In this document: positions 10,175-20,528 of the stretch, one piece after another
Layout of the letters: each line of letters begins with the position of its first letter
Position numbering within the stretch: the first letter of the stretch is position 1
Source of the DNA: Planctomycetota bacterium
GTDB lineage: Bacteria > Planctomycetota > B143-G9
Reading direction: 5' to 3'
Length of the DNA stretch: 64,000 nt
NCBI GenBank assembly: GCA_034521065.1
Contig: JAXHMW010000011.1
Coordinates: forward strand, 54,148 to 118,147
Program-made: the position numbers and the translations under genes
The notes under the pieces: model-generated
What the model was told of the DNA's origin: nothing
The model's database searches: none
Seen by the model: the letters and a program-made list of their open reading frames with translations, nothing else

Positions 10175-11134
10175 GTGCTTCAGTCAATCGAGGAGAGCTT
10201 CGAAGGCTGGCGCAGCGGCGACGAGGTGAATGTCGAATGGGCTGCCGACGGCTGGGGCAATAGTGCCAGTCTGTTCGTCAACGCGACTGAGCGCGACAAG
10301 CGCACCTGCTGGCTTGCATACCGCGCTTTTGTGGACGGTGCGCCGGTAGAGGACATTCAGCGACACTACGAAAAGGTTCCCTCCCATCTTCTGCTACCGC
10401 TTGCGGAACTCAGTTCCTACGCGGTCGCCCGAAAGTTCACTTTCACCCCCGCACTGGACGAATCGGACGTACTCGCCGAGCTCGCTGCAAAGGTCCTCGA
10501 TTCCAACGAAGACGACCTCGAAAGCATCGCGGCATCAGCATACATGACGCAGAACGCGCTCTATACCGCCCTATTCTACCACGGTCGAGCCATGGGCCCC
10601 AGACTCAACAAGCTCGTGACTACCGCCCATAACCTCTTCTCAGCAAGCGAGGAGTACCTCACCCGCCAGCGCATTGATGCCACGCCCGTTGTCGAACCGC
10701 TTTCCAAGGCCTTCAAGCTCAACACCGACTACCTGTTCACCAACACCTCAGCCTATCCCGTTCATCGCTACTGGACGCTTACCACGACGGCCGCCGACCT
10801 TCCACCGCAGCAACTCGATGAATGGAACGACTTCCTCAGACGTATCAACTTCGTCCGCGCCTGTGCCGGCAAGCAACTTATCAGCACAGCTTTCAAGACA
10901 AAGGGCGATTACGAAGTTTTCTCGACCACCCTTGAAGGGCTTCGCACGCGCACAATGGATACCGACTTCTTCGCCGGTTTCCTGCACGGCGATTTCAACC
11001 GTGCCTCGCCGACTTTCTCGGGCGCGAGGGTTGAAGTGAAGTGTTTTTCGGACAATGGCGCCGTAGCACTTCCGAATAACCAGCATGTGCCCGAAGGCCT
11101 GAAGACCAACGCCGACGTTCCCGGAAATTTCTGA
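10175..11134 (+). CDS. Hypothetical protein, possibly the extracytoplasmic continuation of the anti-sigma factor
   Basis: 319-aa ORF with a GTG start. Its frame is already open from 10037 and reads protein-like (IAEIEYTARQAQGNVSEPALKAYRASAEVV) across the upstream stop, suggesting a frame break near 10070-10090. No recognisable motif. Confidence 0.35.
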   Translation: MLQSIEESFEGWRSGDEVNVEWAADGWGNSASLFVNATERDKRTCWLAYRAFVDGAPVEDIQRHYEKVPSHLLLPLAELSSYAVARKFTFTPALDESDVLAELAAKVLDSNEDDLESIAASAYMTQNALYTALFYHGRAMGPRLNKLVTTAHNLFSASEEYLTRQRIDATPVVEPLSKAFKLNTDYLFTNTSAYPVHRYWTLTTTAADLPPQQLDEWNDFLRRINFVRACAGKQLISTAFKTKGDYEVFSTTLEGLRTRTMDTDFFAGFLHGDFNRASPTFSGARVEVKCFSDNGAVALPNNQHVPEGLKTNADVPGNF

Positions 11135-11173
11135 GCACTTGCCTGTTCCCAAAACTGCGTATATTCCCTGACA

Positions 11174-11956
11174 ATGCATGGCGCACAAGGACTGCCCTAC
11201 CCTGTCGCGAGTCAGGCCGATGTACACTTTGCAAGGACGTTCGAACCGTTCTTCAGCTCGCTTGGAGTCCATCCCGACCTTCTTCTCGAAGACATAGAAG
11301 AAACCTGCAAAATGCCGCCCGCCTTTTGGTCGCAATTGCGAATCGAGTACAGCCAACTCGGTCTCGAACCTTCAGTTCATCTGCCCTTCTACGGTCTCAA
11401 TTTAGGCAGCCGCAGCAATATGATAAGAGCCGTAAGCTTCAGAAACATAGTGTCCGGCTTGCGCATAGCAGGCGCGGTCGGGGCGAAACTGGGGGTCATG
11501 CATACCGGCTACATTGCGCAAACGCCCCGCAGGGCGATGTCCAAATGGGTGGAGAATTTCGCACCGCACTTCGAACGCCTGACAGCGATCGCAAGGGATC
11601 TCGGAATCCAGTTGCTGTTAGAGAACACGTGGGAGCACGACACAGAGCTTTTTGAGCGCATAGCGGATACCATAAAAGGCGAGTACCATTACTGTCTCGA
11701 TATCGGTCACGTCCACTCTTTTTCAAAGGTTAGTCCTGAAAAGTGGTTCGGCCTCTTCAAAGACAGGATACGAGTGATACACCTGCACGACAACAAGCAT
11801 CACGAGGACGACCACCTGCCCATTGGAAGGGGAACGATAGACTTCAGCTTCCTGCGAGACCTCGCCGGGGCCGAGAAGCCGCCGAGACTCGTGTTCGAGT
11901 ACAAGCCCCGATATCTCAGCGAATCACTGTCTTACCTTCATCAGCTACTCAAGTGA
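11174..11956 (+). CDS. Sugar phosphate isomerase/epimerase (xylose isomerase-like TIM barrel)
   Basis: Motif pattern IQLLLENTWEHD ... YHYCLDIGHVH ... IRVIHLHDN..HEDDHLPIGRGTIDF is typical of the AP-endonuclease-2/xylose-isomerase-like barrel. The start is uncertain; an internal Met lies at 11312. Confidence 0.7.
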   Translation: MHGAQGLPYPVASQADVHFARTFEPFFSSLGVHPDLLLEDIEETCKMPPAFWSQLRIEYSQLGLEPSVHLPFYGLNLGSRSNMIRAVSFRNIVSGLRIAGAVGAKLGVMHTGYIAQTPRRAMSKWVENFAPHFERLTAIARDLGIQLLLENTWEHDTELFERIADTIKGEYHYCLDIGHVHSFSKVSPEKWFGLFKDRIRVIHLHDNKHHEDDHLPIGRGTIDFSFLRDLAGAEKPPRLVFEYKPRYLSESLSYLHQLLK

Positions 11957-11967
11957 ACTGACAGCAT

Positions 11968-13632
11968 ATGAGCAGACCCGCTATCGTACAAAGCGACCGG
12001 ACAATACTTCTCGAAGTGGACGGGCCGGGATACATCGAGGCTCGTGACAGGCTCGCGGTCTTCGCGGAACTTGTCAAGAGTCCCGAACACATCCATACGT
12101 ACCGGATAACACCGATATCGCTTTGGAACGCCGCGGCAATAGGCCACGGCCCGAAGCAGATAGTGGACTCTCTTCGGAAGATATCCAAGTATGCAGTTCC
12201 GGAGAACATAGAGCGAGAGATATTCGACTTCGCAAGCCGCTACGGCAAGCTTTCTCTCATTCGCAGTGGCGAGAAGCTGATATTGGAAAGCACCGACCCC
12301 TTTCTTCTTCGGGAACTGCACAATCATGACAAGATAACGCCATTTCTCGATGCCCCGCTGTCGGAAACCCGGACAGAGGTACCATCTCGGCTGCGCGGCC
12401 ATCTGAAGCAGGCCCTTATCAAGATCGGCTGGCCAGTTGAAGACAAGGCCGGTTTCGACGAAGGCGATAAACTGGAAATCAAGCTGCGCAAGGAGACCGA
12501 AAGCGGCGAGCCCTTTGAACTTCGCGAATACCAGAGGGAGGCGGTGGAATGCTTCAACGCCGGCCGGGGTGGGGGCGTGATCGTGCTTCCCTGCGGAGCT
12601 GGCAAGACGATAGTAGGCATCTGTGCGATGCAGACTCTTCAGACCAAGACGCTCATTCTTACAACCTCCGTGACGGCCGTCCGGCAGTGGATACGCGAAC
12701 TCGTTGACAAGACGGAACTCGACCGAGAGGACATAGGGGAGTACACTGGGCATGTCAAGGAAATGAAGCCCGTGACCATAACGACATTCCACATGATCTC
12801 TCATCGTACTTCGAAAAAAGGCCCGTTCCCGCACTTTTCGATATTCGACAGGCAGAACTGGGGGCTGATAGTATATGACGAAGTCCATCTTTTGCCGGCG
12901 CCGGTATTCCGTGTAACCGCGGAGATACAGAGCAAGAGGCGCCTCGGACTGACAGCCACGCTCGTACGAGAGGACGGCAGGGAGGACGATGTATTTTCCC
13001 TCATAGGTCCCAAGAGGTACGATGTGCCCTGGAAGGAGCTGGAGAAACAAGGGTGGATAGCCAAGGCGGTATGCAAGGAAGTACGCCTGATGCTTAATGG
13101 TGAAAAAAGGTTAGAATATGCAGTAGCTGGCAGGCGCAAGAGGTATCGCATTGCCGCGGAGAACCCGCGCAAGGTCGAACTGATAAGGGCTATTCTCGAA
13201 CGCCATGAAAAGGCCAACGTGATAGTCATCGGTCAGTACCTGACACAGGTGTCGAAGCTTCGTGATGAACTGGATGCGCCGCTGATCACCGGCAAGACGA
13301 ACGCGAAAGAGCGCGACCGTCTTTACGATGCGTTCAGAAAGGGCGATATCAACCTGTTGGTCGTCTCCAAGGTCGGCAACTTTGCCATTGACCTTCCCGA
13401 CGCGAACGTGCTGATACAGGTTTCCGGCTCTTTCGGCTCACGCCAGGAGGAAGCTCAGAGGCTCGGAAGGATACTCCGACCCAAATCGGACCGCTCGATG
13501 GCGCACTTTTATACTCTGATAACCAAGAACTCCGACGAGATGGAGTTCGCTGCCAAGAGACAGTTGTTCCTTACTGAACAGGGGTATAAGTACATAATCC
13601 TCGACGAAAGGGAATTCGATGAAGCTCCATAA
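11968..13632 (+). CDS. XPB/Ssl2 (ERCC3/Rad25)-type SF2 DNA helicase
   Basis: 554 aa. The XPB-style N-terminal domain (IVQSDRTILLEVDGPGYIEARDRLAVFAELVKSPEHIHTYRITPISLWNA) is followed by motif I LPCGAGKT, motif II VYDEVHLLPA, LGLTATLVRED and helicase C-terminal motifs. Confidence 0.9.
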   Translation: MSRPAIVQSDRTILLEVDGPGYIEARDRLAVFAELVKSPEHIHTYRITPISLWNAAAIGHGPKQIVDSLRKISKYAVPENIEREIFDFASRYGKLSLIRSGEKLILESTDPFLLRELHNHDKITPFLDAPLSETRTEVPSRLRGHLKQALIKIGWPVEDKAGFDEGDKLEIKLRKETESGEPFELREYQREAVECFNAGRGGGVIVLPCGAGKTIVGICAMQTLQTKTLILTTSVTAVRQWIRELVDKTELDREDIGEYTGHVKEMKPVTITTFHMISHRTSKKGPFPHFSIFDRQNWGLIVYDEVHLLPAPVFRVTAEIQSKRRLGLTATLVREDGREDDVFSLIGPKRYDVPWKELEKQGWIAKAVCKEVRLMLNGEKRLEYAVAGRRKRYRIAAENPRKVELIRAILERHEKANVIVIGQYLTQVSKLRDELDAPLITGKTNAKERDRLYDAFRKGDINLLVVSKVGNFAIDLPDANVLIQVSGSFGSRQEEAQRLGRILRPKSDRSMAHFYTLITKNSDEMEFAAKRQLFLTEQGYKYIILDEREFDEAP

Positions 13633-13846
13633 AGGACTTGCTGTTTATCTCGTCAAAGATAAAATGGTAGCGCAGGAGCTTGAAGCACTCGCCGAAGTCG
13701 AGGACATTCACTTCGTTGCGCTGAACGACGAACTCATAGCTACCGAGCCCGAAAGCGGAGCCAAGCTCTGCGATGTACTCAAGAAACGCGGGTACTACCC
13801 GAGGTCGATAGACTCTTTTAATGGTAACGAGCCCCCATCGAGTTAG
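13619..13846 (+). CDS. Small hypothetical protein overlapping the XPB stop
   Basis: 75-aa ORF whose ATG lies 14 nt inside the XPB 3' end. Acidic and protein-like (VAQELEALAEVEDIHFVALNDELIATEPESGAKLCDVLKKRGYYPR), with no motif recognised. It could be a misframed N-terminal piece of the next gene. Confidence 0.3.
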   Translation: MKLHKGLAVYLVKDKMVAQELEALAEVEDIHFVALNDELIATEPESGAKLCDVLKKRGYYPRSIDSFNGNEPPSS

Positions 13847-13850
13847 GCAT

Positions 13851-16275
13851 ATGGCAAAAGCGAAAGAGACCGGGATAGACATCAAAGACATTTCTGCCAA
13901 CCTGTTAAAGAAACTCGCCGCTCAACTCGGCTACTCTTCTGCTGCCAACAAGGCTCAACTCATCAAGGAACTGCGCAAGGCTAACGATTACAGGGGAAGG
14001 CTCGCGGGAATCATCACGGACCTTTCTCCCAAGGCCCGCAAATTCTACGAAGAACACGCCAACGAACAGCGGATAGAACTCAAGAAACTGCGCAAGGAGT
14101 GCGCCTTTTCGGACAAGGATTTCGACAAGGTGATAGAAGAGCTCGAACAGGCTGCGCTGTGCGCTCAGCTTCGCCGAAGCTCAAAAAAGAGCACCGGGCC
14201 CGTTTACGAGTTCATCACGAACTCCAGCCTGCTCGTTCTAGCTGAAGAAGAAGTTCAAGGCACACGAACTTTTTAACGTCCGCAATTTTCTTATGGACCT
14301 CGTTCGCCTTCTTCAGATGGTTCGCCAGAAGGCTCCGCGAGTGTTGTCTGACGGTTCCGCAGGCGTTCGATTCGTCTCCAAGCTTGAATCGGTTGTCCTG
14401 ACCACTTCGGACATGGAGCAAGAGTGATGCCGACCTGTACATTCAACTCCTTTACTGGCTTTCAATCGAGACAGGGCTGGCTTATCTCGACGGCAAGGAG
14501 ATAAAGGTCTGGACAAGGCCGACGATTTTTTCAACCTCGCGAGTCATGTTCGAGTGCAGGAACTGTTTGAAGCTTGGCTGCGTAACACAGGCATAAACGA
14601 GTACGAGTTCTCCACAAAATTGAACATGAAGGGCAAGCCAGCTCCGGGACTGAACGACATTCCCGACGGCCAGCGCCTCAAGACCGCAAGGCGCATGCTG
14701 ACCGAGAGCCTCAGCCTCCTCGAAGAGGAACATAAGTGGTTCTCGGTACGCGATTTCGCGGCGTTCAGCCGTACGCGCACTCCGGACATGATAGTCAAGT
14801 CCATCGCTGAAGACGACGCGCTGAACATGAACCTCACATACCGAGGCATTTACACTGGCGAGTCCTCCGACCTGCACGACGGCATTCCCCGCGCAAGCAA
14901 CTGGCACGTGGTGGAAGGCGAGTTCGTCGCCAAGGCCTTGTGGATGCTCTCAGTACTCGGCGTCGTGTACATCAGCGAGGACCTCAAGTGGTTTTCAATG
15001 ACTCCCGAAGGCAGGTACTGCCTCGGCCTGACCGACGAGCCCGTTACCGAATCCGAGGAGCAGGCATGCCTCGTCGTTCAGCCCAACTTCGAGATCGTGG
15101 TTTATCCACGCAAGGCCCGGCCCGAATCGCTTCACTTCCTCGGCACTTTCTGCGACCTGGAAAGCGACCAGGAGAGCTTGGTTTACAAGATGTCTCTCAA
15201 CTCGATCTACCGTGCAGCCGATGCCGGTTTAGATATCGATGCCATCTTCGCATTTCTCAAGAAGAACAGCACCACTTCGATTCCCGACAACGTCGAAAAG
15301 ACGCTTCAGGAATGGTGGGACCGCTGCAACATGATCTTCTTCGCCGAGACGGCCGACCTGATCGAGCTTTCCGAGGCCGAACCATATGACAGGCTGCCCG
15401 ACTCCTTTAAGAAGCAGGCCATAAGGAGCGGTGATTTCCTTATTTTCCCCGACAAGTTCCACCACTCCACTTCGGGCATCGAGGTGGCGGACTACCAAGA
15501 CCGTGCGCAATGCTGCCGGATAGACGAAAACGGCACCATTTACCTCAACAAGAAGAAGGTGGATGTATTCCTGTTGTCCTACTTCCGGAAGTTCACAGAA
15601 GAGGTGAAGGAAACACACAAGGAGTACGTACGCAAGCTCGATGAAAAGGCAGTAGGTTCCTCCGATGACTGCACCGCGGACAAGATTCTCGACACCCTCG
15701 AAGAGGTCTCGCCCGAAATTCCTGCATCAATAGCCATCAAGCTTCGTGCGCTGGAGAACAAGCTGCCTCCGGCAAAGACTTTCAAAATCGTGGCAATCTG
15801 CCTTCCCGAGACCCTGAGAGACGACGAACTCGACTCGAAACTTCTCAAAAAGCACTCTCTCGGTCGTATCAAGGACTACTGGCTTCTCACTTCGACTGAC
15901 TTCGACGAGATGAAGAAGAAGCTCAGGGAGCTTGGACTGAAGGTTGAGTCTGAGAAGATAACGAGCAAGAAAGGCATGTCGGTCGAAGCGGAAGCAGAAA
16001 AGGTAGATGATGAGGAGAATGGCGAAAAGAAGCTGGATGATGAAGAGAAGCTGAAGGTAATCGAAAAGGCCATCAAGAACGGCCTTCAGATGCAGATAGT
16101 GTACAAGCTGCCCGACGGAGAGCAGGACATGCTCGTCAAGCCCACTCAGGTGCTGACCTCGAACGAGGAGAAGATCGTCGAGGCGGTTGACGATACCACA
16201 GGAATGTCCGTTATGCTCACTGCGGAAAAAATAACCGGCATCAAAAAGGTCAGCCGTCCATCCGGCCGCTACTGA
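13851..16275 (+). pseudogene. XPB-associated Helicase_C_3 / TFIIH p52(Tfb2)-like protein with an N-terminal SAP-like motif; at least 3 frame breaks as sequenced
   Basis: Protein-like sequence continues across four frame segments: 13851..14276, 14242..14427, 14426..about 14510, and 14510..16275. Breaks are near 14245-14275 (gaagaagaag run), 14425 and 14508. It contains LLKKLAAQLGYSSAANKAQLIKELRK, ACLVVQPNFEIVVYPRKARPESLHFLG and a Glu/Lys-rich tail. Confidence 0.55.
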
Positions 16276-17151
16276 TTCGGCCTTCCCCACCTGTTCCACA
16301 TCCAGTCGTTGACCGGAACGATTACGAGAAACAAGGCAATTCCGCTCAGCGCGTCTATTCCGTAATGGAACCCGCATGAAACTGTCGCCAGGATAAGCCC
16401 TATCACAAAAGGTGCGACAAGCAGTCCGAAAAGCCTGTTGTGCCGCCAGGCTTCGAGAAAAGCTATCAAGCCCACAGCGATATGAGATGATGGAACAGCT
16501 CCGCCCGGAGTGTCCATCCTGTATGCGAGGTCAACGAGAGTATCGAAGAAACCGCCGAAGAGCATCTCCCTGCCCTCCACCGGTCCGAGTACCGGAAAGA
16601 TGAAGTACAGCGCGTATGAAACGAGAAACATAACTGTCGCCGAAAAGATGAAGCGGCGAAAGCCTGAGCGGTCGCGCACGTAAAGCACGCCACCAACGAC
16701 CGGAAGATAAAGGTAATAAGAGAAGTAACACATGTGTAGCACCTCGACAAGCCATTGGTGCTTCACAACGAGTTGCGGAAGGATCCTGTCGGGCCTGAAA
16801 CCCGAACAGCGAGCCGTCAACGACGAGGACGGCCTTGTCGAACGGCTTTGAGAAAAACAGCTTTCGCAGCTTTCCGCTCTGCGGATACAGGTAGGAGAAG
16901 AGCAACACCGGGTACCAGTCGTGGGCAAACATCGCCCAACCCTTTTCGCTGAGCTCCCCGTGTACCGCGAGAATCACGATGGCGCACATCAGGACAAGGT
17001 GTACGAAAACCACCTCGTAAAAGACCCCAAGCCCGCGCCCGAATGCTATCACAGACAACAGCACACCGGCAAGGTAAAGAAGCATCGCCCTGTCGGTGAG
17101 ATTCAGATATCGCGGCGCGGTGTTCAGAGCCAGCCGTTTTCGGTGTACCAT
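16269..17151 (-). CDS. PAP2-superfamily membrane protein, sphingomyelin/inositol-phosphorylceramide synthase-like; one apparent frameshift near 16800
   Basis: Two overlapping ORFs (16531..17151 and 16269..16928) join as ...VVDGSLFGF/RPDRILPQLV at a ttcgggttt run. Multi-TM, with LPP-type motifs VPSSHIAVG and GFHYGIDALSG. Confidence 0.65.
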
Positions 17152-18092
17152 TTAACCGTGTCTCTTATGCCCTTGGCGAGGTCGTATCGTGGTCTGAAGC
17201 CGGTGTCATTCTCAAGTTTTTTCACCGAACTGCCGCAGGCCTCCTGCTTCATTTCAAAAAGTTTTTCCGGGCTTACCAGCACGGGTTTTCCGGTGAACCT
17301 GCCAATAAAGTAGCCCGCGAACGCATAGAGGTCCGCGACCCACTCGGGCATCCTTCTGGTCTTGTACTCGACTCCCAATTCCCTTGCGGCGTAAGAGATA
17401 AAATCATCCCATTCGCGGGATTCGCCGTCGGAGAGATAGTAGGTTTTGGCAGCGGAGTCGCCGCATTCGAGGCATACTGAGGCGGCCAGGGCCACATCCT
17501 CGCCGTGTACGAGCGACAGTTGGGGTTGAGTTCGGCCCGGACGAAGGTCGAGGCCCCGTTGCTTGAGGGTCTTGAGGGCGCGGTAGATGTCTTTCTCGCG
17601 CGGGCCGTACACCGCGCAGGGGCGCAGTATCGTGTAGTTGCGAAACAGCCCGCGCACGGCAAGTTCTGCGGCGAACTTGCTCAATCCATACCAGGTCAGA
17701 GGTTCGTCGGGGTGCGTCTCGTTCCTCGGCTCGCCCCTTTTTGAGCGTCCTCCGGCTGCGAGGCTGCTGATGAACACGAAACGTTCGACGCCAGAGCTTA
17801 CAGCCGCCTCACACAGGTTTCGAGTGGCGGCCACATTGGCCTTCCAGTACTTGTCCAGCGAGGTCGCCCTCACGATGCCCGCACAATGCAAAACCGCGTC
17901 AACGCCAGCGCATGCCTTTTTCAGACCCTCCGGGTCATCATATGATGATTCCCTTACTTCCGTCTCGGACGGCAGCTTTGAACGCTCTGTCTGCGGCCTC
18001 GCGAGGCATATCGGTTCGTGACCCCGCTCAGAAAGCTGCTGAATGCAGTGATGACCGATGAAGCCGCTTGTTCCTGTAACGAGAACCCTCAT
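17124..18092 (-). CDS. NAD(P)-dependent epimerase/dehydratase-family reductase (extended SDR)
   Basis: Start taken at MRVLVTGTSGFIGHH (Rossmann GxxGxxG), in an ATGA overlap with the upstream stop. YGLSKFAAE supplies the catalytic YxxxK. Confidence 0.85.
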   Translation of the reverse strand: MRVLVTGTSGFIGHHCIQQLSERGHEPICLARPQTERSKLPSETEVRESSYDDPEGLKKACAGVDAVLHCAGIVRATSLDKYWKANVAATRNLCEAAVSSGVERFVFISSLAAGGRSKRGEPRNETHPDEPLTWYGLSKFAAELAVRGLFRNYTILRPCAVYGPREKDIYRALKTLKQRGLDLRPGRTQPQLSLVHGEDVALAASVCLECGDSAAKTYYLSDGESREWDDFISYAARELGVEYKTRRMPEWVADLYAFAGYFIGRFTGKPVLVSPEKLFEMKQEACGSSVKKLENDTGFRPRYDLAKGIRDTVKWYTENGWL

Positions 18093-19208
18093 AGCGACTT
18101 CTCGTAGATGCGGTAGGTTCGATAGAGTGTGCCACCAATCTTCTCGGCAGCCCTCTTCATTTCGACGTTGTCCTCCAGAACCCACGACAGCTCAGCCTCG
18201 GTATAGCCCGCCCCTATGCCGCGCCTGAAGGTCTCAAGGTACATTATGGAATCGAGACCGAGACCGCGATATTCCTTCTTCATTCCCATCGCAAGAACGC
18301 GAATTCGCTCGATGTGTCGCTTGTGCCACAAGAACTTGAGGAACCCGAACGGGAACAGCCTGCCGTTCATGTGCCTGAAGGCCACGTTGTAATCTGGAAG
18401 GGCGAGGGAGAACCCGACCGGTTCGCCCTTTACAAGCAGGAACAGCACGAGTTCGGGTTCGGCGATTTTCGCGAAATCCTTCGCGGAGTACTCGAACTCC
18501 TCGCGGGTCATCGGTACGAATCCCCAGTTCTTTTCCCACGCGGAGTTGTAGATGTCGAACATCAGCGACACCTCTCTGTCGAGGTTGCCCATGTCCACCG
18601 GCCTCACCGAAGCCTCGCGGCGTTCGGACAACATATCCACCACCCTTTGAAGGCGTTCGGGAATGCCGTCTTGCGAGGACACCTTGTAAGCGTAAACTCT
18701 TGGCCTTGGTAAACCCCACTCGTTCGAGAAGCCTGTTGTAGTAAGGGGGGGTATAGGGCATCATCAGAACGGGCGGGCCGGGTTCTCCATCCAAGAACAG
18801 CGCGCACTGTTCGTTTGTCGAGAACTCGGTTGGTCCTGTTATGCGCGAACAGCCGCGCTCGGAAAGCCATTCAGAAGCAGAGTTGAACAGTGCGCGGAAC
18901 ACGTCCTCGTCCCGGACCGCTTCCAGAAACCCGAAGAAGCCCCTGCCGTCCTCGTGAAAGCTTAGGTGGTTGCGGTTGTGTATGGCGCATATTCGTCTGA
19001 CATCCTCGCCGTCCTTTGTGACGCACAAAAACGGCTGGACTTTTGAATGTTTGTGGAAGGGATGTTTCGCGGGGTCGAACATGTCGCGCTGTTCGGAGAG
19101 AAGCGGCGGAACCCAGTTTTCGTCATCGGAGTAGATGCGCCACGGAAGGCGGAGAAATCTGCTGAGCGTTTGGGGGGAGTTGACCTCCAGCACCTCGATG
19201 TCATGCAT
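18089..19208 (-). CDS. GNAT-fold N-acyltransferase (candidate bacterial ceramide-synthase-like enzyme); one apparent frameshift near 18697
   Basis: ORFs 18234..19208 and 18089..18682 join as ...RVGFTKAKS/VYAYKVSSQDGIPERL. The C-terminal half shows a GNAT core (VGFSLALPDYN ... IRVLAMGMKKEYRGLGLDSIMY). Confidence 0.6.
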
Positions 19209-19216
19209 ATCGCTTC

Positions 19217-20437
19217 TCAGATCAATCCGAGTTCGCGACCGACCTTACCAATTGAGTTCAGAGCCGTGTCTATCTCTTCGGCCGAATGCGTCGCCATGAG
19301 GCTTATGCGAATGAGAGACTGATTCTTCCTTACAGCGGGTGGAACCACGGGATTTACGAAAACACCGCATTCCTGAAGGCGCATGCACATCTTGAAGGTA
19401 AGCATCATGTCACCCACAAGGATCGGGAGCACGGGAGTCTCCGACAAACCCACATCGAAACCCAGGTTCTGGAGCCCCTCAGACATTCTGCGGGTGTTGT
19501 TCCAGAGTTTCTCTCGCCTTTCCGGCTCGGAGCGCAGTATGCGCAGTGCTTCGAGCACTGCGGCACAGTTGGGCGCGGGGAGGCTCGCGGAAAATATCAG
19601 TGCCCTGGCATGATGTTTCAGGTACTCTATCAAATCCTCGTCACCGGCGATGAATCCGCCTACGGAAGCGAGGGCCTTGCTGAAGGTGCCCATGATGATA
19701 TCGGTCTCTCTCGTGAGTCCGAAATGGGCCGCGGAACCCTCACCGTTCGGACCGAGGACGCCGATGGCGTGGGCTTCATCCACCATTACCGCGGCGTTGT
19801 GCTCACGTGCGAGGGTGATTATCTCGGGCAGGCGTGCGATATCGCCGTCCATGCTGAACACACCGTCCATGACGATGAGCTTGTTGGACTCGTACGGAAG
19901 GCTCTCGAGCACCTCTTCGAGCGAGGTCGGATCGTTGTGTTCGAAACGAATCATCCTTCCGAAGCAAAGGAGGCCGCCGTCAATTATGCTCGCATGGTCA
20001 CAGCGGTCTGTAATGAGGTAGTCGCCCCTCTGAACGACAGAGGCAATGAGCCCCTGGTTAGCCATGAAACCCGTGGAAAACAGGAGAGCCGCATCCTTGC
20101 CGACGAACTCGGCGAGTTCCTTCTCGAGCTCTGCGTGAATGTCGAGCGTACCGTTGAGAAAGCGCGAACCGGCACAGCCGGAACCGTAGCGGTCGAGCGC
20201 GTTCTTAGCGGCTTCCATAACCCTCTTGTCATTGGTGAGTCCGAGATAGCTGTTGGAGCCGAGCATGAGGACATCTTTACCATCGAGTCTTACTGTGGTC
20301 CCCTGCTCTGAACCGAGTTCTCTGAAGTACGGATAAAGACCGAGGTTTTTGACGATACGAGAGTCCTCGAACTCCGATATGCGGTTAAAAAGGGATGGCC
20401 GTGATTCGTTGGTTCTCACACGGTCTGATACGTCCAT
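19217..20437 (-). CDS. Alpha-oxoamine synthase family PLP enzyme (serine palmitoyltransferase / 8-amino-7-oxononanoate synthase-like)
   Basis: 406 aa. Contains [20 protein letters not shown] and the PLP-lysine block [13 protein letters not shown]. Confidence 0.85.
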   Translation of the reverse strand: MDVSDRVRTNESRPSLFNRISEFEDSRIVKNLGLYPYFRELGSEQGTTVRLDGKDVLMLGSNSYLGLTNDKRVMEAAKNALDRYGSGCAGSRFLNGTLDIHAELEKELAEFVGKDAALLFSTGFMANQGLIASVVQRGDYLITDRCDHASIIDGGLLCFGRMIRFEHNDPTSLEEVLESLPYESNKLIVMDGVFSMDGDIARLPEIITLAREHNAAVMVDEAHAIGVLGPNGEGSAAHFGLTRETDIIMGTFSKALASVGGFIAGDEDLIEYLKHHARALIFSASLPAPNCAAVLEALRILRSEPERREKLWNNTRRMSEGLQNLGFDVGLSETPVLPILVGDMMLTFKMCMRLQECGVFVNPVVPPAVRKNQSLIRISLMATHSAEEIDTALNSIGKVGRELGLI

Positions 20438-20528
20438 CGAGTGCGGCCTCCGTCAAAGTGTTTTGGAGGATTATAACGCCTAAACGTACGACGTGCAAGG
20501 ACTTCAGGGCGAATAAGTCACGCTGATA

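Noticed and set aside
15950-16060. Possible tandem repeats or CRISPR-like periodicity (also 56980..57040 and 58260..58300)
   Set aside because: These are Glu/Lys-rich low-complexity coding stretches inside ORFs (gaag/aaga codon reiteration). They are not spaced direct repeats, and no CRISPR array exists in the window.
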